NCBI GenBank assembly: GCA_028534125.1 | Contig: CM052817.1 | Location: 83,702,001 to 83,766,000 of the forward strand | Reading direction: 5' to 3' | DNA length: 64,000 nucleotides | Source: Lama glama | Taxonomy: Eukaryota | In this document: one piece after another, positions 1-29,539 of the stretch | Position numbering within the stretch: the stretch's first letter is position 1 | Layout of the letters: every line of letters starts with the position of its first letter | Program-made: the position numbers and the translations under genes | The notes under the pieces: generated by a model | Told to the model about the DNA's origin: nothing | Seen by the model: only the letters and a program-made list of their open reading frames with translations | Database searches by the model: none

Positions 1-585
1 GGCAAATGAGGTCTACCCATTTGGCAAATTAAATGAAAAAAAAAATGGAACCTTTTCTGGAACCCGCACTCAGCAATTTTCACCAAAATGCCATTCACCA
101 GAACTTAATTTTAAGGATACTCCATCACCTTGGTAACCTAGGAAATTTAGTTTTGCAGATTGTACCTTGCTATCTCCAACAAAATTGGAAATCCATTAAT
201 AAGGAAGTGAGAACGTATATGGCATGGGCAAAATCAGACGTAGTAAGGACATAGAAGAACAGCACTGTTAACGTGATTCAATTATTCCATCCCTCAAACA
301 GAATTTAGATCTACTTCCACATGTTCATGGGATGTTTACCAAAAAATGATTATATATATATATGGCCAAGAGAAGAAAATTTTGGGCCACATCCTCTAAT
401 CATAAGCCAATAAATAATCTCAAAATTTGGAAATTCAGAATGAAAGCAGAATATGTATGTACCAGAGAAGAAAATATATAGGAAATTACTGTCCAGAAAC
501 CAATGAAAAGGAGAATACATCATACAAAGACCAACAGGATAAATGAAAACAGTACTGAGGAAAATTCACACCTGTATTATTAAAA

Positions 586-1507
586 CCTCAGTTTTTCCTC
601 CTATGTCTTTCTTTCCTTTGTGTCTCCTTTATTCTCACACTCACAACAGTTCTGATACCAAATGTATAGGGATTTCCCCCACAAACAAGCAATTCTCCAC
701 AACAGCTGGATGTCCTACCATTTAATTCAACTCTGAGACTACATACTTGGACACAGAATCAGATTCCACAGGTTAAGGGCTTACTCTCACAGGGCTACTC
801 CCCACTTCAGATGCCAATCGCAAGTCACAGGTCCCCAGGTTACCAACAACTTCTGTCTGACCTAGTTACAATTGGGAGGTTCCCATGATTAATTTGCTAG
901 AATGGTTCACTGAACTCATGGAAACACTTACATGTGTTTATCAGTCTATTAAATGATATGATAAAAGATGTAGATGAACAGCCAGATGAGATAAATAGGG
1001 CAAAGCCTGGGACGGTCCAGAGCACAGGAACTTTTGTCCCAGCGGAGCTGGGTGTAATACTCTCCTCATGTGGACGCTTTCACCAACACAAAAGTTCTCC
1101 AGAGCCCCTATAACTGGGATTTTATAGAGGCTTCCTCACGTAGTCATGATCAACTATTAACCCCATTTCCAGCGCTTCTCCTCTCTCTTGAGGAAGAGGG
1201 AGTGGGACTGAAAGTTCTGAGCTTCTAATCATGGCTGGGTCTTTCTGTCGACCAGCCCACAGCCAGGAGCCATCCAGAAGCCCAACCAGAGTCACCTCAG
1301 TAAAACACATAATGCTCCTCGTGCTTTTATCATATAGGAACTTACAAGGGTTTTAGGAGCCTTGTGGCAGGATAGGGGTAAAAGACAAATATTAGAACAA
1401 GAGATGCTCTTGTAACATAGGAAATTAAAAGGGTTTGGGGAACTCTGTGCCAGGAACCAGGGGCAGAGACTAATATATACATATATCTTTTTCTATTATC
1501 TCACAAT
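586..1507 (-). mobile_element. Solo LTR, MER21-like, interrupting an old L1 ORF2 fragment
   Basis: Reverse complement starts ttgtgagataat...gtctctgcccctggttcctggcacagag, resembling the MER21 5' end (from memory); A-rich L1-like sequence on both sides. Confidence 0.6.
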
Positions 1508-1867
1508 AGCCTTAAACAGTTTTGTTTTTAGAGGGAAAAAAATGAAAAAAGGCATAAGCACTCATCATTAAAAATAGAAAAAAATGAATCAGGAAGATAA
1601 AAAACTAAAAAAGGTAAAACTGAACTTAATAACAATAGCAAAGATAAATTTAAAGCTTTATTACATAAACTAATAAAATAAATACACTCCTTAGTAGACA
1701 AAACAAGAAATGAAAAAGGGGACAAATACAGATTTAAGAGAAATTTTAAAAGACAAATTGTTCTAATCAGTAATTGCAAATTTGAAAATCTAAAGAAAAG
1801 GAATTCTGGCAAAACATGAACTACTAACACTGACCAAAAAAGAAATGGAAATTTTGAGACACAGGTG

Positions 1868-4800
1868 ACTGAGGCCAAGATGGTGGAATAGGAAGACACT
1901 GAGCTCACCTCCCCCCACAGGCACACCAAAATTACAACCATTTATAGAGCAACCAGTGATGAGAATGACCTAAAGCCTAACATAAAAGACATTCTACAAG
2001 TAAAGATATAAAGAAGGAACCCCAATAAGACAGATAGGAGGGGCAGAAATGGATATATTTAAGATCCACAATGGGAGAATAAGTACAATTGCAGAGGTCC
2101 TCACCAAGAAGCAAAGGGTAACACGCCCACTGTGGGCTCTGTAGCCCGGGGGACTTGCACTGGAAGATGATCTTTCAGAACACTTAGCTTTGAAGGCCAG
2201 TGGGGCCCACTTTTAGTAGAGCCAGAGGGCTGTGGGAAATAGTCTCCACTCTTAAAAGGTATACCCAAAATCTAACATGCTCCAAGATGCAGAAAAGAAG
2301 CAGTAATTTGAAAGGAGACTGGGTCAGATCCACTTGAAGATCTTGGCCTCCTGGAGAGACAGAAGGCATTGGGACTCACCCTGAGAACACAGGAGGAAGC
2401 AGCCACTCTGGGGAGCTCATCCTATGACAAGGACACTGGTGAAGTCAAGCACAATTTTTGAATCCTTCCCTAGTTTATTAGTGACCGAACTCAGCCCTGC
2501 CCACTAGCCTGTTGGCACTAGTCCTGGGATAACCCAGGCCAAGAAGCTAGGTGGGCAGGAATACAGCCCAGACCACCAGAGGGCCCAGGACCCAGCCCAA
2601 ATAGCCACTGGTCAGCACAAGGCCTGATACTGCCTGACCCCAACCCTGCTCACCAATGGACCAACTCCAGTTCCGGGACTACCAGGGCACTGCAGCCAAG
2701 ATACTGGGCCCTGGCCCTGCCCATCAGTGGGTGGACAGTAGCCATGACACCACCATGGTCCCACAGAGCCAGCCACATTAAGACCCAGCCCACCCACCAG
2801 AAGGCCTGCACCAACTCTGGGAAACCTTGGGTGTCTTAGCCAGCAGCCCTGGGATCTGGTCTCACATATGAGCAAGCCAACACCACGCCCAGGATTTCCC
2901 TGGGCCATAGCCCCACACACCACAAGGCCAACACTAGCTCCAGAACACTGGAGCCAGCCATGCCTGGACTGAGCCCTGCCCACCAGTAGCCGGCAGCCTC
3001 TGCCCAAGGTAGGGGCTGGCAATTAGCCTGTCCTGGGGCCAGCCATGCCGACCAGTGCCCACAGAGAACACAGCCCACATAAAGGGCACCTATAAGGCAT
3101 GCAGAAGTAAGTGCACTGCCTGGCCCCATAAAATGTCTCCTTCATAAGGCTACTCCTCCAAGATCAGGAAACATAAATAACCAACCAAACACCTAGAAAT
3201 AAAAACAGAGAATTAGGCAAAATGAGGCAACAGAGGACTATGTTCCCAACAAAGAAATAAGGTAAAACCTCAGAGAAGAAATAAGTGAAGAAGAAATAAC
3301 CTCAGACGAAGAAATAAGTAATCTAATCAATAAAGAATTCAAGGTAATGATTAAAAGATTCTCAAAAAACTTGGGAGATGAATGGATGAACACAGTGAGA
3401 AGTTAGAAGTTTCTAACATAGACTTAGAAAATTAAAAACAAGGAAACAGAGATGAGGAATAAAATGACTGGAATTAAACATACACAGAATGAATCAACAG
3501 TAGATTAAATGACACAGGGGAATGGATCAGCAAACTGGAAGACAGAGTAGTGGAAACCACTCAAGTTGAACAGAAAGAAGAAAAAGGAATTTTTTTTAAA
3601 GGGGATAGTTTAAGGGACCTCTATGACAACCAAGTATAATAATATTCACATTATAGGAGTCCCAGAAGAAGAACAGAGACAGAAGGAGCAAAGAATATAT
3701 TTGAAAACATAAGAATTGAAAACTTCTGAAATCTGGAGAGAAAAAAGGCATCGAGATACAGAAAGTATAGAGTCAGAAACAGGATCAACCAAAAGAGGAC
3801 CACAAGGGATATACAAGGGATCTCCCATAAGGCTATCAGATGACTTTTCAGCAGAAACTCTAAAGGCCAGAAAAGAAGTGGCACAGTATATTTGAAACAA
3901 TGAAAAGGGAAAACCTAGAACCTAGAATACTCTAGGTAGGGCTATCATTCAGATTTGAAAAGGAGATAAAAAGTTTTACAGATAAGAAAAATCTAAAGGA
4001 GTTCAGTACTAGCAAACAAGCTTTACAAGAAATGTTCAAGGGATTTCTCTAAGCAAAACAAAAAAGGCCAAAACTAGAAATATGAAAACTATGAAAGGAA
4101 AAAAATCTGATTGGTAAAGGTAAATATAAATGAAAGGTAGCAGATCAACCTCTTATAAAGCTACCGGCAAGTTTAAAAGACAGTAAGATCATCTATACAC
4201 ACAATAAGCAGTTAAGAAATACACAAAACAAAAAGACATAAAATGTGATTTCAAAAACAGTAAACAGGAAAGGTAACAAAAATGCAGCTGTTAAGATGCA
4301 TTCATACTTTTGGGACTAGCAACTTAGAACAACTGTGTGTATATATATATACATATACACATATATAAATGTACACATGTGTATACATATAGGTAATATA
4401 TATATACTTTGCTATGGCTATATGCCTCATGGTAGCCACAACACCCCCTCCAAAAAAATAGATATACACGTTAAAAGAGAGAAAGTAATCCAAAAATAAC
4501 ACTATAGTCCTCAAATCACAAGGAAAGAGAATGAAAGAAGAACAAAAAAGAACTATAAAAACAACCTCAAAACAATGAATGAAATGGCAATAAGTACATA
4601 TGTATCAATAATTTCTTTAAATGTAAATGGACTAAATACTCCAATCAAAAAGCATACAGTGGCTGACTTATATATATGGTCCCTAAAAGAGACTTATATA
4701 TATGGTCCCTAAAAGAGAGTCAATTCAAATCTGAAGTCACACACATATCAAAGCCAGGAGATGGAAAAAGGTATTCCATGCAAATGGAAACAAAAAGAGC

Positions 4801-5520
4801 TGAGGTAGCAATACTTATATTAGACAAAATAGAATTTAAAACAAAGACTGTACCAAGAGACAAAGAAGTATATAGATCAGATCAATCCAAGAAGATGTAT
4901 CAATTTGAAACATATATGAACACAACACGGGACCATCTAAATACATAAAGCAAATATTAACAGACATAAAGAGAGAAACTGACAGTAACAGAATAGTAAC
5001 GGACTTTTTAATACCACACTTTACATCAATGGACATATCATACAGACAGAAAATCAATAAAGAAACTAATGGCCTCAACTGACACATTAGACAAGATAAA
5101 CTTAAAAGACAGGATATAAAGAGAGCATTCCATCCAAAAGCAGCAGAATACACATTCTTCTCAAGTGCAAATGGAACATTCTCTAGGATACATCATATGC
5201 TAGGCCACAAAACAAGACTCAGTAAATTTGAGAAAATGGAAATCATATGAAACAACTTTTTTGACCGTAATACATAAAACTAGAAATCAACTCCAAGAAA
5301 AAAACTGCAAAAAACACAAACATGTGGAGGCTAAACAATATGCTACTAAATAAACAATACATTAGTGAAGAAATCAAGAAAGAAATAAAAAAAAAAAAAC
5401 CTGGAGACAAATTAAAATGCAAACCAATGATCCAAAACCAATGGGATACAGCAAAACCAGGAAGTTTATACAAATAGAAGCATACCTCAAGAAACAAGAA
5501 AAATTTCAAACAACCTCACT
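1868..5520 (+). mobile_element. LINE-1 with intact 5' end (5' UTR, decayed ORF1, ORF2 endonuclease), 3'-truncated
   Basis: ggccaagatgg start, GC-rich CpG-depleted UTR, ORF1-like A-rich tract, endonuclease-type motifs (aatgtaaatggactaaa, gtagcaatacttatattagacaaaatag, ggaacattctctaggata). Confidence 0.88.
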
Positions 5521-6552
5521 TTAATATCTTAATAAAGCAGTCTTACCTCTTGCCTCAAGTTACCTTAGAGGGAAATAAACTGTCCTAAGCAATGATATGA
5601 GATGAAATATTCTTTTTTTCTCAGTTTTATTAAGAATTAAGTGACTTACAACACTGTATAAGTTTAGGCAGAAATGTTCTTAACATAGCTTCCTCAGAAC
5701 TATACATCATTATTCTTTAAAAATTGTTCAAAGTACAAGCATTGCTTTGTATTTTTTTAAACTGTAGGGAAAGCCCAAAGTTATGTATATATAAAAAGGA
5801 AAAAGAATTCTATGTCTCAGCTAGAAGTGAGTAATATTTACATAATTATAATGTAAACTGAATATTGAGATAAAAATTATGAGGTAACTACATTTGGAGG
5901 ATGAGATCAGATGAAATGAGGACAGAGAGGGGTGAAATTAAAACAACTAAATACATAATTCCTCATCCACAACAGAAACTTAATAGATTTAAATCTAAAA
6001 CTGAAAAATGAACAAAGAACATAAGCATGTTATTTAGTAATATGGCAGAATATACAAAAATAAAGTGTTAAATGAATTGAAGATGTCTGCATCTGAGGAG
6101 CAGCAATGAGTGTTTTTGTATGTTTCTTGGTAGTTTGTTAGTAACGTGATATAAAACATATGTGTACTTTGTACCAGTATCAGCCTATCAATAACGATGC
6201 TATGTGCTAAAAATGCCTGGGGGCACTCACAGGGCCTGCAGTAAGCTCCACACACAGGCTTTTCTCCTTTCAGAACCACTGTTGTGACTGGATCAGCTCT
6301 TGCGGTTCTTAAATTGCAAGATCATGATCATTGCCTTAAGCAATAACCATCAGGAAACTTTGGAAAAAGCAACAACAACGAGGTTTATTACCCACAGGTC
6401 TTGGAGGGTACACAGCACACCAGGGGCTACACAGTGAGATCACAGGTAGAGAAAGTTTTCTATTATTTTGTAACTTTTCTCTAAGTTTAAAATCATTCAA
6501 AATAAAGTTTGAAAAAAATGCCTTGCGAAAAGTGTTAAAAGAAGTTCTTCAG

Positions 6553-6802
6553 AAGATTTGGTGCCTGGTGAGATCCTGCTTTCTGATACAACTTGTTGTC
6601 TTTTCACTGTGTTCTCACGTGGTGGAAGAAGTAAGGGAACTCTTTGGGTTCTCTTTTATAAAGGAACTAGTCTCATTCATGAGGTCTCTATCTTCATAAT
6701 ATAATAATCATCACACAAATGTGCTACCTCCAAATACCATCACACTAGAGATAAGGTTTTAACATATGAATTTGGAGGGACATAAATACTCAGTCTACAG
6801 CA
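6553..6802 (-). mobile_element. MaLR (MLT1/MST-like) LTR fragment
   Basis: Typical cttttataaagg...aaataccatcacact...acatatgaatttgg...cagtctacagca signature. Confidence 0.6.
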
Positions 6803-8850
6803 AAATGGTATAGAGTTATATGAAAGTGGACTGAAATTGGTTGTCAATGTATATTGCAAACTCGAGGGAAATCACTTAAACAAAGGAAAAAAAATAGAAG
6901 TATAACTGATATGCTAAGAAAGGAGAGAAAAAGGGAATCAAATAAAATGCTCAATTAAAACCAAAAAGCCAGAAAAAGAGTGGAAGACAAAAGTAGAAAC
7001 AAAGAACAAAGGCAAAAAATATGCTAAATATTAATCCAAATGTATCAGTAATTACTTTGAACCCCAATGGTCCAAATGCATCAATTGAAAGACAAGTGAT
7101 TCTCAGAGTGGAAACCCAACTGTCTAAACTTAGATATAAGAAACCTGCTTTAAGTATAAAGATTCAGATAGATTAAAAGTAAATGGATGGGGAGAAATAT
7201 ATCAACCCTAGTCAAAAGAAAGGAGAAGTTACAGCAATTTCCAACAGAACAGACTTCAAGGCAAGGGAAGTTATCAGGGATAAAGAAGGGCATTACATAA
7301 TGATAAAAGGGTCAATACTCCAAGAAGACATGATATATTTTAATGTATATGCACTTACCAATAAAGCATAAACAGTGTGAGACAAAAACTGACAGAACAG
7401 CAAGGAGAAATAGATGAATCTACTATTATAGTTGGAGACTTCAAACACCACTCTCAGAAATGAACATACCTAGCAGGCAGAAAATCAGTAAGGACAAAGC
7501 TGAACTTAACAATACCATCAATCAACGGATAGAATTGATGTCTCTAGACTACTTCATCCAACAACAGAAGACACGTTTTTCTCAAGCTCACATAGAACAT
7601 TCAACCAGATAGACCCTGAGCCATTGGACAAACCTTAACAAATGTAAAAGAATAGAAATCATGCAATGTCTGCTCTCAGACTAAAGTGGAATTAACTTGA
7701 AATTAACAACAAAATAATAACTGGAAAACTCCAAAACACATGATTAATCAGTGCACTTATAAGTAACATATGGTTCAACTAAATTTCATGAGAAATTCAA
7801 AAATATTTTGAACTAAATGAAAATGAAAACACAACTTATCAAAATGTGTGGGATGCAGTGAAACATAGCATTGAATGTATATATTAGAAAAAAAGAATGA
7901 TTTAAAATCAATCATCTAAGCTTCCACCTGAGGAAATTAGAAAAAAGGAACATTTAAATTAAAAGCAAGCAGAAGAAAAGAACTAATAAGAATTAGAGAA
8001 ATCAATGAAGTTGAAAACAGTAAATCAATAGAGAAAAATCAATAAAACCAAAAGCTGGTTCTTTGAAATGATCAGTGAAACTCATAAGATGCTAGCCGGG
8101 CTAACTAAGAAAAAGGAGAGAAGTTACAGATTACTAACATTAGAAATGATAGAAGGAACATCACTACAGATCCTATGGACATGAAAAGGATAATAAAGGA
8201 ATACTATGAACAACAAATATGATAACCTAGATGAAATGGACCAATTCCTTGTAACACACGATCTGCCAAAACCCACACAAAAGGAAACAATCTGAATAGG
8301 CCTATATCTATTAAAGAAATTGAATCAATAATGAATAACCTTCCAAAAGAGAAAGCATCAGGCCCAGATGGGTTCACTGGTGAATCCTATCAAACTTTAA
8401 GGAAGAAATTACACAAATTCTCTGCAATCTCCTTCAGAAGATAGAAGCAGAGGGAATACTTCCTAACTCTCTCTCTCTTGGGTCAGCATTACTATAACAC
8501 CAAAACCAGGGGAAGACATTACAAGGAAAGAAACTACAGACAAATATCTCATTAACACACATGCAAAAATCCTCAACAAAATATCAGCAAATTGAATCAA
8601 AAAATTTATTAAAAGAATTATACACTATGACCAAGTGAGATCTATCTCAGGTGTGCAAAGCTGGTTCAACATTCAAAAATCAATTAATGTAATCCATCAC
8701 ATCAACAGGCAAAGAAGGAAAAATTACATGATTATATCAATAGATGAAGAGAATGTTATTTGACAAAATCCAACCATTCATGATAAAAACTCTCAATAAG
8801 CTACGAGTAGAGGGGATGTTCCTTAACTGGATTAAGAACATCTACAAAAC
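6803..8850 (+). mobile_element. LINE-1 ORF2 fragment (endonuclease to RT start), degenerate
   Basis: RDKEGHYIMIKGSI; gttggagacttcaa; ggcccagatgggttcactggtgaa; caatagatgaaga...tttgacaaaatccaa. Confidence 0.9.
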
Positions 8851-9282
8851 TGTTCTAGAATAATTTTTTTTAAATCAATACAATACCTGGTATTAACAGA
8901 ATAAAGAATAAACACTCCGCTGAAATTTAAAAAAAAAAACCCACAATGACAGCGAATTACAGGAACTTCTGAAATTTAACAGCAAAAGCAAGTCTAATTG
9001 GAAGACTGGACTCTGGAACCAGCTGCTCAAGCATTATAACATACAACTTTTAAAGAATTTCCAGAAATGGTAAAAGTTGATTTTTCTATGAACAGAGCTT
9101 TTATACAGCTCGCAGGTAGACAAACTTAGGTGAACTTGATATAACCATTAATGTAGATGAAAAGAGCTTTCCATTTAGAAACAGACCTAACTTGTGGAGT
9201 GGCTCTCAGTTTGTTATATATTCTTACTGAATATCACAATCTTCTATCTGTATAAAGTCTATCATACCAACCTTATAAGTCT

Positions 9283-9327
9283 TTTTTTTAAATTAGGTTT
9301 GTTTCATTATTATTATTATTATTATTA

Positions 9328-9365
<38 letters not shown>

Positions 9366-9459
9366 TATTATTATTTATTTAATGGAGGTACAGGGGATTG
9401 AACCCAGGACCTCACGCATGCTAAGCACGTACTCTAACCTCGATCTATATCCTCCCCCC
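9283..9459 (-). mobile_element. tRNA-Ala-derived SINE (vic-1-like) with expanded (TTA)n tail
   Basis: ggggattgaacccaggacctc...gcatgctaagc; TSD taagtcttttt. Confidence 0.85.
9306..9380. repeat. (TTA)n microsatellite, imperfect
   Basis: Read directly. Confidence 0.95.
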
Positions 9460-9879
9460 ATTAAGTCTTTTTTCAGCATATATATCACGTGTGTGAAATC
9501 TCTCAAACGTGAGTTATTATACAAAGAACATTATACTTAATGAAAATGTACCAAAACCATGGAGTTCATTTTCTTAAAGCACCGCACACATTCATTACAC
9601 TTAGGAAAAACTGGAGTAAGCACACAGGTATAAAGGAGTGTTCAAGCCACCGTAATTTTTTGTTTTCCCTGTGCTGTTCAGTCAAGTTTAAGTAGTTGGA
9701 GTTTAAAAATCACTTTAAAACCTTTACAGAATTGGAAGAAGTAGCTTTTCAGACTGTGAAGTGAGGAACTGACCAGGTGAAAATATATCATCTCTCAGGT
9801 TACCTTTTTTATCATCCCGCGGAGGCCTGCCAAAGGCAGGACCGACAACACTTGCAGCCAAGCTGTAGACCGCCGAAGC

Positions 9880-10035
9880 ACTTCCGGTCGTCGGCTCGGA
9901 GGCGGGGAAACTTGAGCAAGCGGCGCAGATAGTGCCTGTACGCATGCGCACCCGGGCGCAGCCTCTCCGGAGCGAGCTGTCTCATTACGTCACCGGTAGC
10001 CTCGCTAGGACGGCAACCGGCGGGAGTTTTTCAAA
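9880..10035 (+). promoter_or_regulatory. Cell-cycle promoter motif cluster: ETS (ACTTCCGGT 9880-9888), E2F-like (GGCGGGGAAA 9901-9910), NRF1 (TACGCATGCGCA 9939-9950), CRE-like (TTACGTCA 9985-9992), CDE/CHR-like (GGCGG 10019-10023, TTCAAA 10030-10035)
   Basis: Motifs read directly. CRE/NRF1 activation and CDE/CHR (DREAM) repression are reported for mammalian Plk4 promoters. Confidence 0.7.
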
Positions 10036-10125
10036 ATGGAAGCGCGGAGGCGCCGCCCAGGCCTCGGAAGGTGCCCGGGAGACCTTTCCGTGGCTGTGCT
10101 GTTGTCGCCGGGAGCGGCGGCCTAG
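10036..10125 (+). other. PLK4 upstream ORF 1 (29 aa, MEARRRRPG...AAA*)
   Basis: AAAATGG strong Kozak; TAG at 10123-10125; same frame as the main ORF but closed before it. Requires a TSS upstream of 10036. Confidence 0.65.
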
Positions 10126-10233
10126 ACAGCCAAGCCTGATGGGCGCCAACACCCGCTTGCTGCTTGGAGCGCTGTCTCGAAAGGACTGTGTGAAGGGAGC
10201 TAATCCGGGGAGCACTGGCCGGTGCCTGGAAAT

Positions 10234-26472
<16,239 letters not shown>

Positions 26473-26500
26473 TTAAAGCTCCTTCTAGATATATAAGTTT

Positions 26501-26506
26501 AATAAA
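26501..26506 (+). terminator. PLK4 proximal poly(A) signal candidate
   Basis: AATAAA about 30 nt after the stop, followed by T/GT-rich sequence. Confidence 0.5.
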
Positions 26507-26989
26507 TAACATTTTTGTTGGCTTTCAAGTAAAGTGACTTCTTTTTATTTTAAAAAATTTCTTTAGAAAGCCTTTCCATAAAAGATAATTTTAATCTATA
26601 CCATATAGATGTATTCTAATGAGAGAACAAAGCAGGAAAAACTTGAGTCACTTAAAAAATGTAGTAGTTATAAGTTAAAATAGGACACCTAACTTTGCTC
26701 TTAGAACATATACTCTCAAAATTACTGTGTTCATATATCTGTATTGAATAACCTTTTAAAGCAAAAGTAGAAATAGTTTGTGGTATGTTTTTGCTTTTTT
26801 GTTTTCCCTACTTCCTAGACATGTTAAGAATCATGGACAAAACATGCTGGAGTTTTTGAATTTTGAACGTGTAAATGATGTATATTTATGTTATAAGTAA
26901 CATATGTAAACGTGTATATATGTTTTATATTTATTTTTGTAGCACCAGTTTCTGATGAAACATTTCTGCAAATGCATTTTATAAAAAAT

Positions 26990-26995
26990 AATAAA
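26990..26995 (+). terminator. PLK4 distal poly(A) signal candidate
   Basis: AATAAA preceded by several TGTA motifs and followed by a T-rich tract. Confidence 0.6.
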
Positions 26996-29539
26996 TACAG
27001 TGATAAGTTACTTTATCTTTTGATTTATTTAATTAAATACTTAATTTAAAATAAGTTACTCAGTAAACTCATGTTTAAATCTTGCCTGTTTAAAAGGATC
27101 CAATTAAATTTTAAAAATTAATTTTGCAAATGGTAAATACATTGGTTCTCTACCTTTATCTGAAAATACTTTTATATTTTAATGATGATAAACATTTTAA
27201 CACTGAAGAACTTAACAATGCAATTAATTAACATGAGGAAAAAGAATATTTGATAGTGGGACAGCCATTGTTAATGAAATACTCAACATAAAATGGAGAA
27301 TGAAACTACTTAAATATGATAAACTGTTAAGTCTAATGCTTCCTCTGATTTTTATAATAAGACAAATATTGGAGCCAATTCCATTAAATAGTCAGGAAAT
27401 ACCCAATGTCATAATTATTCAACATTGTTTTGGACGTTTTTGCCTAAGGCAGTGAGAAGAAAAATAATAATCTGTAACAAATTCTACAGTTAACATTAAT
27501 AAGAAAAAGACAAACAACCCATTAGAAAAATGGACAAAAGATTTGAACAAATAATTCACAAAGGAGAAAGTCCATATGATCAACCAAAAGAAAATATGCT
27601 CAACCATATTTATAGTTGGAGAAATGCAAAATAAAAACAAAATCATTTCCCTTTATCAAAGAGATTGGAAAAAATAATAGTGCTAAGAAGAGCAAGGCAT
27701 TCTCAGTTATTATTGATTAGAGTGTAAATGATAAAGCAATTTGGCAATATCTATTAGAATTAACACATTTTAATACACTGGTAATCCAACTTTGGCAAAG
27801 AAAATTATGTAAACCCTTCTCTTATGGATACAAATAGGATTAGAAATAAGAATTTCCCCTTAAAAATGGAAATCATTAACGGAACTCCTAGCTAAATGTT
27901 GAAGGTTAAGACAAATACATTTTGCTTTGACACAATTTAGGTGTATTTTTCATCATCTTTTTCAGTCTTAATGTGTCTTTATGCTTCAGGAGCTTCTCAT
28001 ACATACCATATAGCTGAATTTTTTTAATCCAATGTAATTTCCTCTGTAGTTTACTTTGTTGACATTTATTATCATTTCTGATTTATTTTACTATGTCATT
28101 ACAGTTCTGTTGCATTTATGTCCCAGCTTATTCTGTACTTTCTACTTACCACATTTGGTTTTTTCCTTTCCTCCCTTCTTTCAAATTGAGTTTCCTCTTC
28201 ATATACATGTGTGAGTTTTCTTTCAGAAGATGTTTCTTGAATTATACTTTTTAGAATTTGTTCTGTTTTATTGCTTTGGTTGTCTTCTTTAAGGGCTTCT
28301 ACAATATGTATGTTAAATCATCTGTGCCTAATTTTTGTATCCATCACTTTTTCCAAATCATTTTTATCTGTTTCTGTTATTTTAATTTTCCTCCATCTTC
28401 AATCTCCCTTATGAAGTAGTCTGTGGCACCTTATAAGTTTCTTATTCTTTCCTGAACTCTGCCAGCAGTATTTTCATATCTTCCTATTATTTCTCCATTT
28501 CAGAAAATTTTTTGCACTTTTCAGTTTTTCAAATTATAATTTGTCATTTTTTTCAATTTTCCATGACTTAAAATGATTTCTTTCAGTTCATTTTATAATG
28601 ACATTCCAGTTTTATCTGTCTTGTGGGCATATCTGGCATTCCTTTGTTATCTATAAGAACGTTATTTAGTTCAACTGCACTCTTCCTTTTTCTGCTCAGT
28701 ATTTAATCCAGTAAATGGCATCTGCATTACTTGCTGCTGTCAGAATCCTGGAAATCATTCTTAACATATTCATTTACCTCATCTAATCACCAACTTATCC
28801 TTCCAGGCTACCTCTAAAATGTGTTTTATATGCTTTTAATTCCCAATTTCAGTGCCCCAATCCAAGTCACTAGCATACCTCATCTGAACTAGTGCAATAA
28901 CCTGCTTGTCTCCAAGCATCTACTCTTTCCTCCTTTATCAGTCATGGTTTGTAGGTGCAAACATCAGAATCTAACCTAGGTAGTTTATGCAGAGAATGTA
29001 TTTATTAAAGGATATTAGCTCACAGACTCTAGGAGGGATAGAGATTCAGGCTTTGCAGCTAGGAACAATGGCTGGATCACAATGCAGAAGCTGCCCCAGA
29101 AAAGACACCCTACCAACCCTAGCTCAGCACAGATCCCACTTCCATGCTGATGAAGCTATGGGACTAGGTTCCAGGAGCTGTGCCACTGCTTTCTCCAAAA
29201 TTTAAGCCACTGACCTTGCTCCCTCGCCAAAATCAATTTTGCTCATGTTGCTCACTTTTGCTCCACTCCTTAGCAAGTCTCACACTGGAGGCAGGTACTG
29301 GCAGAGCCAGAAACACAAATTCATGCCCTGGCAACAAGGGTAGATGAGAGAGAGAGAGTGAATGCATTTTGGCTTCTATCTAAGAGGAGAAGGTCAACAT
29401 GAGAAGGTCTCAAATGTGGAAGGGTCTTTGGGAAGAGTGGCTACAAACATGATAAATGTCCTCCACATCCATTCCAATTTATACTTCACACTGCGGCCAG
29501 CTTATTCTAAAAGACAAAGCTGATTATATTATTAACTTA

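Noticed and set aside
2612..3129. Antisense ORFs in the L1 5' UTR (ORF0-like?)
   Set aside because: GC-rich, stop-poor decayed repeat; no evidence of coding constraint.
9194..9382. ORF with poly-Tyr/poly-Ile
   Set aside because: Translation of the (TTA)n microsatellite.
9724..10215. Divergent ORFs at the CpG island
   Set aside because: Expected by chance in GC-rich DNA; no splice or homology support for a head-to-head gene.
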